From a bacterium (GTDB lineage: Bacteria; Krumholzibacteriota; Krumholzibacteriia; G020349025): DNA of 64,000 bases. Below are positions 55,343 through 64,000 of the stretch, one piece after another (positions within the stretch are counted from its first letter, which is position 1; each line of letters begins with the position of its first letter). The stretch lies in contig JANLSU010000111.1 in assembly GCA_031362565.1 (NCBI GenBank), forward strand, positions 11,412 through 75,411, in the 5' to 3' direction. The notes below the pieces were generated by a model. It saw only the letters and a list, made by a program, of their open reading frames with translations, ran no database searches and was not told where the DNA came from. The translations under genes were made by a program, and so were the position numbers.

Positions 55343-57931
55343 CTAACGCACCAGCACCAGACGCCGGGACGTGGATCGGCCGTCGGCGGTCAAGCGGCAC
55401 ACGTACACGCCGGAAGCCGCGGCGGCACCGGCAGTGGTGCGGCCGTTCCATTCCCGGTGGTACGTCCCCGCAGCGAGCTTGCCGTTCACCAGGCAACGCA
55501 CCAAGCGGCCGCGCACATCCAGAATCTCGAGCCGGGCCAGGGCCGCGCGATCGAGCGAGAACTCGATGCGCGTCGAGGGGTTGAACGGATTCGGCACGTT
55601 CGCCTGCAATGCGAAACCCGGCGCTTGGAATGCAGCGGTTGCGGTGGTGATCCGGTACCGGATCCGCAACCGCGCCGGCATATCCTGGGCCGAGAAGTCG
55701 GTCCAGCCATATCGCGCCTCGGGTTCGATCGTCCCACGCTCGAGCACCAGGCCCAAATGCTGTCCCGTTGCGTAATCCGGCCGGTCGATGAACTGCTGCA
55801 CGAGTGCCGCGATATCCGGTGACGTGGCGTCGTTGCCCGCGGTCCAAGTATCGAAGGCTGGCCAAGGGATCACTGTTGCGGTCAGGGGATGGAGCGTTGC
55901 CAGATCCCCCGGTGCATCCACGAAGGGCGGGCAATCGGCGTGATCGTAGGACCGCAGATCGAGGCCGCCGGTCAGGCTCGGTTGCTGTACCGGCGCCGGG
56001 CGCAGGATGAGGTTCGCTTCCGAGATCACGGCTCCCGGAGGCACGTCCACCGCGAATTGCACCGCGCTCGTCATGGCTGCAGAGTCGCTCGAGACGTAGT
56101 CGAAGGGTTGGCTGGCGCTCACACCCTCGGTGCGCACCTGGCCCGCAACCGTCACGGCGTCGCGATCGGTGGATGGGACGCTGAGCAGGCGCAGCGTGCC
56201 GCCGGAGCCCGGCACGGGATCGATGCGCACCGACTTCTCGGTGCGCAGTCCCGCCGCATCGACGGCCCACGCGGTGATGGTGTAGTAGAGGGTCGCCGGC
56301 TCCTCGCCGTGGAAACTCGCGACAAATGAACCGCCGGCGCCTGTTTGGTCGATGATCGTCGGGCGGAAGTGCTGCGGCGAATAAAAGAAAACGCGCCAAT
56401 GCAGGGCTTCGGGCGGCAAGCTCCCGAGTTCGGGATCCGATGCCGCGGCGTTGAAATGGACCGTTTCGCCGTCCGCAAACCGTTGTCCGATCGCCGGCGT
56501 TGCAATCTGGACGTCGGGTCCCAGGTTGCCAATCGTAATCATCGCGGGTGCCGACGTTGCGTCGGCGCCGCGACCATCGTTCACAGTGACCTGGGCTGCG
56601 AACACGCCGTTCACGAGGTAGGTGTGGATGGGGTTCGGGGCGTCCGAGTGCGCTGACCCATCGCCGAAGTCCCAATCGTACGCCAGCGAATCGCCGTCGG
56701 TATCGAAGCTGCCTTGGCTCGAGAACTCGACCGTCGCCGGCGCATAGCCGTTCGATGGACTTGCGCTCGCGATCGCCGCCGGGCGGCGATTGTCACTGCC
56801 GCTGTACGCAATGCGCCGGATCTGGCCCGGCACGAAGGTGTTGTAGTAGAGCGCGCCATCGGGCCCGGGCTCGAGATCGACGGGTCCGAACCCCGGTCCC
56901 GAAAACGGTGTCGCGAGCCACCGCGGATCGGCACTCACCACGCTGTTCCCGGGCCCCAGCACCATGCGGCCCAAAAGCCCGCGCGAATGATCGAGGAAGA
57001 AGTAGTTGCCGTCGAACTCGGCCGGGAACAAATGGCCGGTGTAGAAGGTGTTACCGACAATCGCCGCCGAACCGAGCGTGTGATCGTAGGCGAACAGCGG
57101 ATCCACTGTGGCGCTATCCGGCGGATCCGCCGGCCCTTCGTGGAGCGGCCAGCCGAAATTGGCGCCCGGCGGTCCAGTGTCGATTTCCTCCCACGCCGCG
57201 GCGCCGACGTCGGCGATGAAGGGCAGGCCCGTTCCGGGCTGCACCGAGAAGCGGAACGGGTTGCGCAGGCCGTACTGATAGATCTCGGGAAGCGCTCCAT
57301 CGACGCCGGCGAACGGATTGTCCGCCGGCACCGTGCCATCGGTGTGCAGGCGCAAGAGTTTGCCTTCGAGCCGCGACAAATCCTGGGGCCAGGGCGGCGC
57401 CCAGTTGGTGTCCCCGGTCGAAACGAGCAGATTGCCGTCGAGCCCGAAGCGAATGCACCCGCCGATGTGGAAGCCAATGCCGGTCGGGATGCGGTCGAAC
57501 AACACGGCCTCGCTCGCCGGATCGAATTCGTTGCCATCCACCGTGAAGCGCGAAACGCGGTTGAAGTTGTCGGTCGGCGCGCCGGTATAGCGCGTGTAAA
57601 CGATGTAAACGAAAGGTTGCAGCGGGAACTGCGGGTCGAGCGCGATCCCCAGAATACCCTGTTCCCGGTAAGTCTCGACCGGCAGCACGAGTGCCGGGGC
57701 GGGCAGCAGGTGGCCGTTGTCGACGACCCGGATGACCCCCGCCTTCTCGGCCACGAAGATGCGGCCATCCGGTGCGAAGGTGAACGCCGTCGGCACGTTG
57801 AAGCCGCCGATCAGCAGTTCATCGCTGAAGCCCGGCGGGGCGGTTTGCGCCCGCACCGGTGGGGCGCTCGCCAAGACGAACGTTGCAAAGAGCAGGGCGC
57901 CTCGCCTGTGGATCCCGCCCAACACGTTCAC
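55343..57931 (-). CDS. Secreted PQQ-dependent glucose/sorbosone dehydrogenase-family propeller + PKD + C-terminal FlgD-Ig/T9SS-like domain
   Basis: APDGRIFVAE, HIGG, GKLLR, DNPF, YGLRNPFR; PKD WDFGDG; PNPFNPST...GVY; start taken at GTG 57931. Confidence 0.87.
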   Translation of the reverse strand: MNVLGGIHRRGALLFATFVLASAPPVRAQTAPPGFSDELLIGGFNVPTAFTFAPDGRIFVAEKAGVIRVVDNGHLLPAPALVLPVETYREQGILGIALDPQFPLQPFVYIVYTRYTGAPTDNFNRVSRFTVDGNEFDPASEAVLFDRIPTGIGFHIGGCIRFGLDGNLLVSTGDTNWAPPWPQDLSRLEGKLLRLHTDGTVPADNPFAGVDGALPEIYQYGLRNPFRFSVQPGTGLPFIADVGAAAWEEIDTGPPGANFGWPLHEGPADPPDSATVDPLFAYDHTLGSAAIVGNTFYTGHLFPAEFDGNYFFLDHSRGLLGRMVLGPGNSVVSADPRWLATPFSGPGFGPVDLEPGPDGALYYNTFVPGQIRRIAYSGSDNRRPAAIASASPSNGYAPATVEFSSQGSFDTDGDSLAYDWDFGDGSAHSDAPNPIHTYLVNGVFAAQVTVNDGRGADATSAPAMITIGNLGPDVQIATPAIGQRFADGETVHFNAAASDPELGSLPPEALHWRVFFYSPQHFRPTIIDQTGAGGSFVASFHGEEPATLYYTITAWAVDAAGLRTEKSVRIDPVPGSGGTLRLLSVPSTDRDAVTVAGQVRTEGVSASQPFDYVSSDSAAMTSAVQFAVDVPPGAVISEANLILRPAPVQQPSLTGGLDLRSYDHADCPPFVDAPGDLATLHPLTATVIPWPAFDTWTAGNDATSPDIAALVQQFIDRPDYATGQHLGLVLERGTIEPEARYGWTDFSAQDMPARLRIRYRITTATAAFQAPGFALQANVPNPFNPSTRIEFSLDRAALARLEILDVRGRLVRCLVNGKLAAGTYHREWNGRTTAGAAAASGVYVCRLTADGRSTSRRLVLVR

Positions 57932-58114
57932 GAGTCCCTTCCCCGGCCGGTTGTCGTGGGATCGCAGCGTACCATGCCGGGCGAGTGGCACGATCGCCAG
58001 GCCCGGGCGCCGCGGTCCGCGGGCCTGCGAAGCCCCTCTTCCCGCGCCGCGGATCTTGCTACAGTACCGCCATCGCCGTTACGGACACATCAAGCCTCGT
58101 TGGGAGACAACGTC

Positions 58115-60160
58115 ATGAAGCGAATGGTTCCTCTGATCCTCGCGGCCGGTTTGCTGACCGCGGCGATGCCTTCGGCACCCGGCGCGCCAAGCACCGATGC
58201 GGCGCACTATCTCGACCGTTTCGTGGATCCCACCGTCGCGCCGCGCGATGACTTCTTCCACTACGCCGTCGGCAAATGGCTGCGCGAGAATCCCATCCCG
58301 GCCGCCGAGCGCTCCTGGGGAATTTCGCATATCGTCCAGCTCGAGACGTACCAGCGCCTCTTGTCGATCAGCCAGACTGCCGCCGCGGACGCCCACGCAC
58401 GGGCGGGGAGCAATGCGCAGAAGATCGGTGACTTTTGGTACGCCGGCATGGACACGGTGATGCTCGCGAAGCAAGGCATCACGCCACTGGCCGGCGAGTT
58501 CGAGCGCATCGCATCCGTCCGCGACCAGAAGGGGCTCCTCGACGCGATCGCGCACCTGCAATACGTCGGCGTCGGTGCGATGTTCTCCCCGGCCATTTTC
58601 CAGGACGAGAAAAACAGTGATCGCAATGTGCTGCACCTCTACCAGGGTGGTCTCGGCCTGCCCAACCGTGACTACTACTTCGACAAAGACGACCGTTCCA
58701 CGATGCTGCGCCGCGAGTACCTGAAACACGTCAACAAGATGTTCGAACTCCTGGGTGACACCGCCAAGCAGGCGAGCGCCAACGCCGCCACCGTGATGGC
58801 CTTGGAGACCGAACTTGCCGGTGCGTCACGTAAACTGGAGGACTTGCGCGATCCGCACGCCAACTACAATCCCATGTCGATGGATGGCGTCACGAAACTC
58901 ACCCCGTCGGTGCGCTGGCGGGAGTTTCTCGCTGAAGGCAACATCACCGGCATCGACAGCGTCATCGTCGGCCAGCCGGAATTCTTCAAGCAGGTCGAGA
59001 AATCACTCCAGGCACACAAACTGGCGGAGTGGAAGACCTACCTGCGCTGGCAGCTCGCCACGACGTTCGCGGCCGATGCCGGCGGGCAGTTCGACGCGGA
59101 GAACTTCCACTTCTTCGGCACGGTCCTCAACGGCACCCTCGAGCAGCGCCCGCGCTGGAAGCGCATGCTCGACAAGGAAGAAAACTATCTCGGCGACGCG
59201 TTGGGGCAGCTCTATGTGCAGCAGTATTTTTCGCCGCGCACCAAGGAGCGCTACGAGCGCCTCACGGACGAGATCTTCGCCGCTTTTCGTGACCGGATCC
59301 AGACTCTCGACTGGATGAGCGAACCGACCAAGCAGCGGGCGCTGCGCAAGCTGAATGCCGTGACCAAGAAAGTGGGCTACCCCGATCACTGGCGAGACTA
59401 CAGCAGCTATAACGTCGACCGCAATTCATACCTCGGGAATTGCCTGCGCGGCAACATTTGGCAGAGCGACTACGTGATCCAGAAGCTGCACAAGCCGGTC
59501 GACCGCACCGAGTGGAACATGACGCCGCAGACCTACAACGCCTACTACAACCCGTCCAACAACGAAATCGTGCTGCCGGCGGCGATTTTCATTCTGCCCG
59601 GGATCGCGGATTCGCTGGTGGATGATGCCGTCGTCTATTCGTATGCGGGTGGCACGACGATCGGCCACGAAATCACCCACGGATTCGATGACGAAGGCCG
59701 GCAGTTCGACGAGCGCGGCAATCTCGAAGACTGGTGGTCGCCGGACGACACGCAGGAGTTCAACCGCCGGGCCGCGAAAATTGTCCGGCAGTTCGACGGC
59801 TATGTGGCGGTGGGGGAGACGCATGTCAACGGCAAGGCGACCCAGGGTGAGAACATCGCCGATCTGGGTGGCGCGTTGCTGGGCTGGGACGCTTTCAAGA
59901 AGACCCAGCAGTACAAGCGTGGTGAGTCGCTGGGCGGCCTGACACCGTCGCAGCGCTACTTCATCGGCTGGGCCCTCGGTTGGATGAACCAAATCCGGCC
60001 CGAGAATCTTGCCATGCGCGTCAAGACCGACGTGCACGCGCCGAGTTTCTTACGAGTCACCGGTCCGGTGTCCAACCTGCAGCAGTTCTACGACGCGTAC
60101 GGCGTACACGCCGGCGACGGCATGTTCCGCGCCGACTCGGTGCGCGTGCAGATCTGGTGA
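58115..60160 (+). CDS. M13 family metallopeptidase (PepO/neprilysin-like)
   Basis: DDFFHYA, NAYYNP, GHEITHGFDD and GENIAD motifs; signal peptide. Confidence 0.93.
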   Translation: MKRMVPLILAAGLLTAAMPSAPGAPSTDAAHYLDRFVDPTVAPRDDFFHYAVGKWLRENPIPAAERSWGISHIVQLETYQRLLSISQTAAADAHARAGSNAQKIGDFWYAGMDTVMLAKQGITPLAGEFERIASVRDQKGLLDAIAHLQYVGVGAMFSPAIFQDEKNSDRNVLHLYQGGLGLPNRDYYFDKDDRSTMLRREYLKHVNKMFELLGDTAKQASANAATVMALETELAGASRKLEDLRDPHANYNPMSMDGVTKLTPSVRWREFLAEGNITGIDSVIVGQPEFFKQVEKSLQAHKLAEWKTYLRWQLATTFAADAGGQFDAENFHFFGTVLNGTLEQRPRWKRMLDKEENYLGDALGQLYVQQYFSPRTKERYERLTDEIFAAFRDRIQTLDWMSEPTKQRALRKLNAVTKKVGYPDHWRDYSSYNVDRNSYLGNCLRGNIWQSDYVIQKLHKPVDRTEWNMTPQTYNAYYNPSNNEIVLPAAIFILPGIADSLVDDAVVYSYAGGTTIGHEITHGFDDEGRQFDERGNLEDWWSPDDTQEFNRRAAKIVRQFDGYVAVGETHVNGKATQGENIADLGGALLGWDAFKKTQQYKRGESLGGLTPSQRYFIGWALGWMNQIRPENLAMRVKTDVHAPSFLRVTGPVSNLQQFYDAYGVHAGDGMFRADSVRVQIW

Positions 60161-60182
60161 CGCGAGCACCGGCGCGCGACGC

Positions 60183-60722
60183 TTACTTGTAGAGGACCTT
60201 CGCCTGGCTCCAGCTGGCCGGTGCGACGGCGACGTTGTTGCACGAGCAATCGTCGCGACCGTCGTCGTCGTCGCGAATCGTGGTCCCGGGGCCATACCCG
60301 TGATGCCGGTGGCAGCAATCTCCACCACGGCGGCGGTGGAGCATGAATCCGGAGCGCGACTGGCCGCGTTCGATCATGTCCTCGGGAGTCTGAGCGGAGA
60401 ACACGACCGTACCGTCGGTCAGCACCTGCGCCATCCAACCGATGGGGCCGGTCGCCGAATCGTCGCAATCGTCGTGGCCGTCGCGATGGCGGCCCAGCAA
60501 TTCGATGCGGCTCAACGGGACGTCGGACTGATTGTTGACGACGTGGTACTCGACGTCATCGGTCTCGCTGCTGTCCGCCGCCTTGTGGTGGCCGCACGTC
60601 GTGTTCTCCATGTCCCAGTTGTCGACGAGCGTTTCGATTTCGGCCGGTGCGCTGGCGGTGGTCGCGGCAAGCGGCGTCGTGGCTTGGATTCCCGCGAGCA
60701 TTGCAACAAGTAGAAGTGACAT
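60183..60722 (-). CDS. Secreted Asp/His/Cys-rich hypothetical protein with C-terminal SWSQAKVLYK motif
   Basis: Hydrophobic N-terminus; C-terminal motif shared with two other proteins in the window. Confidence 0.7.
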   Translation of the reverse strand: MSLLLVAMLAGIQATTPLAATTASAPAEIETLVDNWDMENTTCGHHKAADSSETDDVEYHVVNNQSDVPLSRIELLGRHRDGHDDCDDSATGPIGWMAQVLTDGTVVFSAQTPEDMIERGQSRSGFMLHRRRGGDCCHRHHGYGPGTTIRDDDDGRDDCSCNNVAVAPASWSQAKVLYK

Positions 60723-61093
60723 TGGGCCTTCCCGTTGTGATGTCGACCACGCCTGCTCCGTGAGGCAATCCAACCCGAAATGCGCCCTCGCAGAGGTGAG
60801 CGCGACAGATCGCGTTGTTGGTCGGACGTGTCAGGGGTACGATACCACCCGATGGAGCCGTTGGCCACGGGGGGACTGGCGTTGCCGCCTTTGCCGGGGG
60901 GGGGCGCCCAAGGTCCTGGGACGTCCGCCCGCTTGGCCGCCTTGATCGGAGGCTTTGCCCGCCCGCCAAATGCGGCGATGCAGGGCGGGGGAGTCATGGC
61001 GTAAGGTGCATGGGGTGGCGGGGATCCGAAGGTGCGCCACGGGGCCGTCGCGACCTTCGGGGATTCGCGATTCACACCAGTCAAAGGAGAACC

Positions 61094-61333
61094 TTGGGTA
61101 GCCCACGACCGTCTCAAAGCAAGCGACAAAAAGAACGCGACCGCCAGGCGAGCAACCTGCAGAAGAACGAGCGCCGCGCCCAGCGCAAGCTCGAGAAGGC
61201 CCAACGGCCGGTCTCCGAAACCGGTGAAGATCCCGACATCGCCGGCATCGTGCCCGGACCTCAACCGCGGCGCGATGACGACTTCGACGACCCGGATCGG
61301 GGTCCGACCGCCAACTCACCCGACAAGGGCTAA
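61094..61333 (+). CDS. Small basic hypothetical protein with EDPDIAGIVPGPQP motif
   Basis: AAGGAGA RBS before TTG; K/R-rich helix followed by a Pro/Asp motif. Confidence 0.7.
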   Translation: MGSPRPSQSKRQKERDRQASNLQKNERRAQRKLEKAQRPVSETGEDPDIAGIVPGPQPRRDDDFDDPDRGPTANSPDKG

Positions 61334-61337
61334 GACG

Positions 61338-62381
61338 ATGTGGCGGCGCCTTTTCGGCACTGGGGACGCAAAGAAATCGCCGCGTGATGCAGAGCCGCGC
61401 GGCGACGGCGAGACGGGCCCCGCTGCGGCGGCCTCGCGGCCGGCACCCCTCGACGACGACCTCGATGAAACCCCGCTCGAGGACGATGAAGACCCGGACT
61501 TTGGCGCTGAAATTGACGCTGCCGACGCGGCTGCCCCGAGCGATCCGGACGAAGACGAAGCCGAAGGAGCGCCGGCAGTTCAATTCCGCCTGGTCGACGC
61601 CGGGGCGTTCACGCCGCAGTCAGACGACGCACTGCCGTCGTTCGAGGAGCGGCCGTCACTGGGCCGCGAAGAGTACGAAATGCTGGTGGGGGAGCTGCCG
61701 ATGCCGCGTAAGCGGCAGATGCGCGACTTCGCGGCGTATGTTGCAAGTGCCAAGAATTGGCACGAGCATTTGCCTCTCGTGCCGGACGGCGCCGCGTTCC
61801 GTTTCTATTTGGATCCCTTCGCCGGTATGGATCGCGTCCTGCTACACGATGACATGGCCCTCTTTGTGCCGCGCGAAGCCGGCGCGGACGGCTTCCTTCC
61901 CGCCTGGATCCCGACGGCGGAATACCGCGAGCGCTTTGGGTTTCTGTCGTTCGCGTGCGCCGCGGGGCCGCGCTTCGTGAAGCCCGTGAAGGTGGAAGAC
62001 GACGAGGTGTCCCTCGAGGGGACGCTCGACAACAACTTCAACCACGCGGTCGTGTGGGTGCCGCGCAAGCCGTTCGGGCTGCCGGATCCCATTCTGCGGG
62101 TCGGTACGTGCTTCGTCACCGGTGTCATACACGCGCGCGCCGCGCATCCCGCCGCCTGGCGCACGACGCTCGAAGCGCTGAAATCCAATCACGCGTGGCC
62201 GGCCGAAACCGGCGGCGCTCAGACTCTGGCGAAGATTCGGGCCCGCTGTGAAGCCCGGGGCATGGCCGATGAGTTCGACGCCGAACTGGATGCGTTGCTG
62301 GCGCCGGAGCGCCAGCGCCTCTTGGACGAGATGGTGGCGGCGATGGGGCGCGTTCTGGCCCAAATCCACGGTGCGATCTAG
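61338..62381 (+). CDS. Hypothetical protein with acidic disordered N-terminus
   Basis: 347-aa ORF with host-like codon usage; fills the gap between neighbours. Confidence 0.65.
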   Translation: MWRRLFGTGDAKKSPRDAEPRGDGETGPAAAASRPAPLDDDLDETPLEDDEDPDFGAEIDAADAAAPSDPDEDEAEGAPAVQFRLVDAGAFTPQSDDALPSFEERPSLGREEYEMLVGELPMPRKRQMRDFAAYVASAKNWHEHLPLVPDGAAFRFYLDPFAGMDRVLLHDDMALFVPREAGADGFLPAWIPTAEYRERFGFLSFACAAGPRFVKPVKVEDDEVSLEGTLDNNFNHAVVWVPRKPFGLPDPILRVGTCFVTGVIHARAAHPAAWRTTLEALKSNHAWPAETGGAQTLAKIRARCEARGMADEFDAELDALLAPERQRLLDEMVAAMGRVLAQIHGAI

Positions 62382-62424
62382 GATTCTCTTCGCCTGCGCG
62401 TCGCCGGTGCGCCGCTTGGTGCCT

Positions 62425-63366
62425 TCAACGCCAGAGCTGTTTGGCGGCGCTCCACGTCCGTTGCTCGGTTGCGGTCGCGGCCCCGCCGAACACTTGAACG
62501 CGCGAGTTTTCCTTGTCGAGCACGAACAGATGCCCCGCGCCGTCCACGTCCAAGGCGCCCGGATGGTTGAATTGTCCCGGGCCGGCGCCGGCCGTGCCGA
62601 AGGCGAGCGTGAACGTACCGCTCGAATCGAAGACCTGTACGCGTTGGTTGTTGCCGTCGGTGACGAACACGTGGCCCTGCAAATCCAGCGCAATGCCGGT
62701 CGGGGAGTTGAACTGTCCATTCCCGGAACCGCTCCCACCCCACGCTAGAGTAAAGACTCCGGCGGCGGTGAACTTCTGCACCCGGTGCTGGACCATGTCG
62801 GTGACATACACGAAGCCGCTCGCGTCCACTGCCAGTGCGGCCGGTTGCTGGAATTGCCCGTTCCCGGCGCCGAGCGATCCCCATTTCGTGACAAATCCGC
62901 CGGTGTTGGTGAATTTCTGAATGCGATAGTTCCGCCAATCGGCGACGTAGATAAAGCCGAGCGCATCGACCGCGACGTCGAGTGGAAATTGGAACCGGCC
63001 GTCGGCAGTGCCCGTGCCACCCCATTGCCCGATCAAGGTGCCTGTGGAGGTGAATTTCTGAATCACGTCGTTGCTGCACACGAAGACATTGTTGGCGGCA
63101 TCGACTGCGACACCGCTGGGAAAACTCACCGGCCACTGGGTCAAAAATGCACCGGTGCTCGAGAATTTCTGCACCCGGTGATTGATGGTATCGCCGATGT
63201 AGACGGCGCTGTCCAGACCGATCGCCAGTCCGTGCGGGAACTGAAACTGGCCCGGTGCGGAGCCGTTCGCGCCCCACGCGAAGAGAAAGGTGTTGGCCTG
63301 GGCGATGGCGCCCGCCGGAACGAGCATCGAGAGAGCGAGAAGCGCTGTGGCGGGGAAGCGTCGCAT
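62425..63366 (-). CDS. Secreted NHL-repeat beta-propeller protein with C-terminal TWSAAKQLWR motif
   Basis: GGAGG RBS; signal peptide; six GQF-x-x-P...VAVD...N-x-RVQKF-type repeats. Confidence 0.9.
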   Translation of the reverse strand: MRRFPATALLALSMLVPAGAIAQANTFLFAWGANGSAPGQFQFPHGLAIGLDSAVYIGDTINHRVQKFSSTGAFLTQWPVSFPSGVAVDAANNVFVCSNDVIQKFTSTGTLIGQWGGTGTADGRFQFPLDVAVDALGFIYVADWRNYRIQKFTNTGGFVTKWGSLGAGNGQFQQPAALAVDASGFVYVTDMVQHRVQKFTAAGVFTLAWGGSGSGNGQFNSPTGIALDLQGHVFVTDGNNQRVQVFDSSGTFTLAFGTAGAGPGQFNHPGALDVDGAGHLFVLDKENSRVQVFGGAATATEQRTWSAAKQLWR

Positions 63367-63516
63367 CCGTGAACCTCCAGGGTGTGCCGGTCGTCGTTCG
63401 ATCTGCGTCAATGATTGCGGCCAAGCGGCGGTCCGCCAACCTGCGAGGGACGAGCGGCTCGGTGGGGAAATTGCCGCGCCGCTTCGCAGTGCCCGTAAGG
63501 TGCTACGCTGGACGGT

Positions 63517-64000
63517 ATGAAAACGCCTCGCTTGCGCATCCCACTCGTCATGCTCGCGATCGCGGTTGCGGTGGCGCTCGTCGAAGCGGCCGGCCTCGTC
63601 ATCCGGACGGCGCTTGACGGGCGGTCGTTTTCTTGGCCGGTGGCACTGGGGGCCGGCTTCGCCCTGTGGCTCAGCATGGTTGCGGCGACGCCGATCCCCA
63701 TCTGGATGGCGGCCCGATTCCCATTCGAACGCGGTGTGGTGGCGCGGCGCCTCGTCTTGCACATCGCCGCTGCGGTGCTGTTCGTGACCGTGCACTTGGT
63801 GCTCGACATCGCAGCACAGACCTCCCTCGGGAACATGCGCCGCGAGCCATTTTGGCCGCACCTCGTCAATATGCTCTCCCAATACTTGGCGATCGAGGCG
63901 CTGGTGTATGCGGCGGTTGCCGGCGCCTTCATGTTCGTGCGTGCCCACCGCGAAGCGGAGGCCCGCGCCTTGGCGGCAGAGGCGCTTCGCGCCCAGTTGG
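63517..64000 (+). CDS. Membrane sensor N-terminus of a probable LytS-type histidine kinase, runs off the right edge
   Basis: Open frame from ATG 63517: four TM segments, ...RFPFE...LHIAAA..., then coiled EARALAAEALRAQL; kinase domain not visible. Confidence 0.6.
   Translation, partial: MKTPRLRIPLVMLAIAVAVALVEAAGLVIRTALDGRSFSWPVALGAGFALWLSMVAATPIPIWMAARFPFERGVVARRLVLHIAAAVLFVTVHLVLDIAAQTSLGNMRREPFWPHLVNMLSQYLAIEALVYAAVAGAFMFVRAHREAEARALAAEALRAQL

Noticed and set aside
60900..60975. c-di-GMP-I riboswitch (minus-strand GGGCAAAGCCTCCG)
   Set aside because: The upstream GGCAAA-stem-GAAA hairpin, GACGC and downstream CTAA elements are missing

Overview
64-kb window of high-GC bacterial chromosomal DNA, densely coding (about 55 genes). 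I found no rRNA, tRNA, CRISPR array, transposase or prophage. Content: xdhAB; a complete pst/phoU operon; three intact ECF sigma modules plus one degenerate sigma copy; mazEF; NDH-2; many peptidases (M14, two M16, M48, M20, M13, rhomboid); a TonB-dependent receptor; an Omp85-family barrel; and many secreted proteins. FlgD-Ig/T9SS-like C-terminal domains and a short C-terminal [ST]W-S-x-x-K-x-L-aromatic motif suggest a diderm of the FCB-associated candidate phyla such as Krumholzibacteriota, Eisenbacteria or Latescibacterota (inference only). Best leads: (1) three unrelated secreted proteins share a ~17-residue C-terminal motif that looks like a protein-sorting signal; (2) two PstB ATPases have complementary degenerate motifs, predicting an asymmetric importer, and sit with a PhoU fused to a catalytically dead ArsC/LMW-PTP domain; (3) an Omp85 barrel gene overlaps a lipoprotein with atypical kinase motifs; (4) a degenerate ECF sigma is coupled to a ChrR-type anti-sigma and faces an intact paralog across two matching ECF-type promoters; (5) a GT4-HldE/RfaE nucleotidyltransferase fusion; (6) a non-coding repeat and hairpin region at 29.9-30.3 kb. 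All family calls come from recognising motifs by eye, and start codons were chosen manually.
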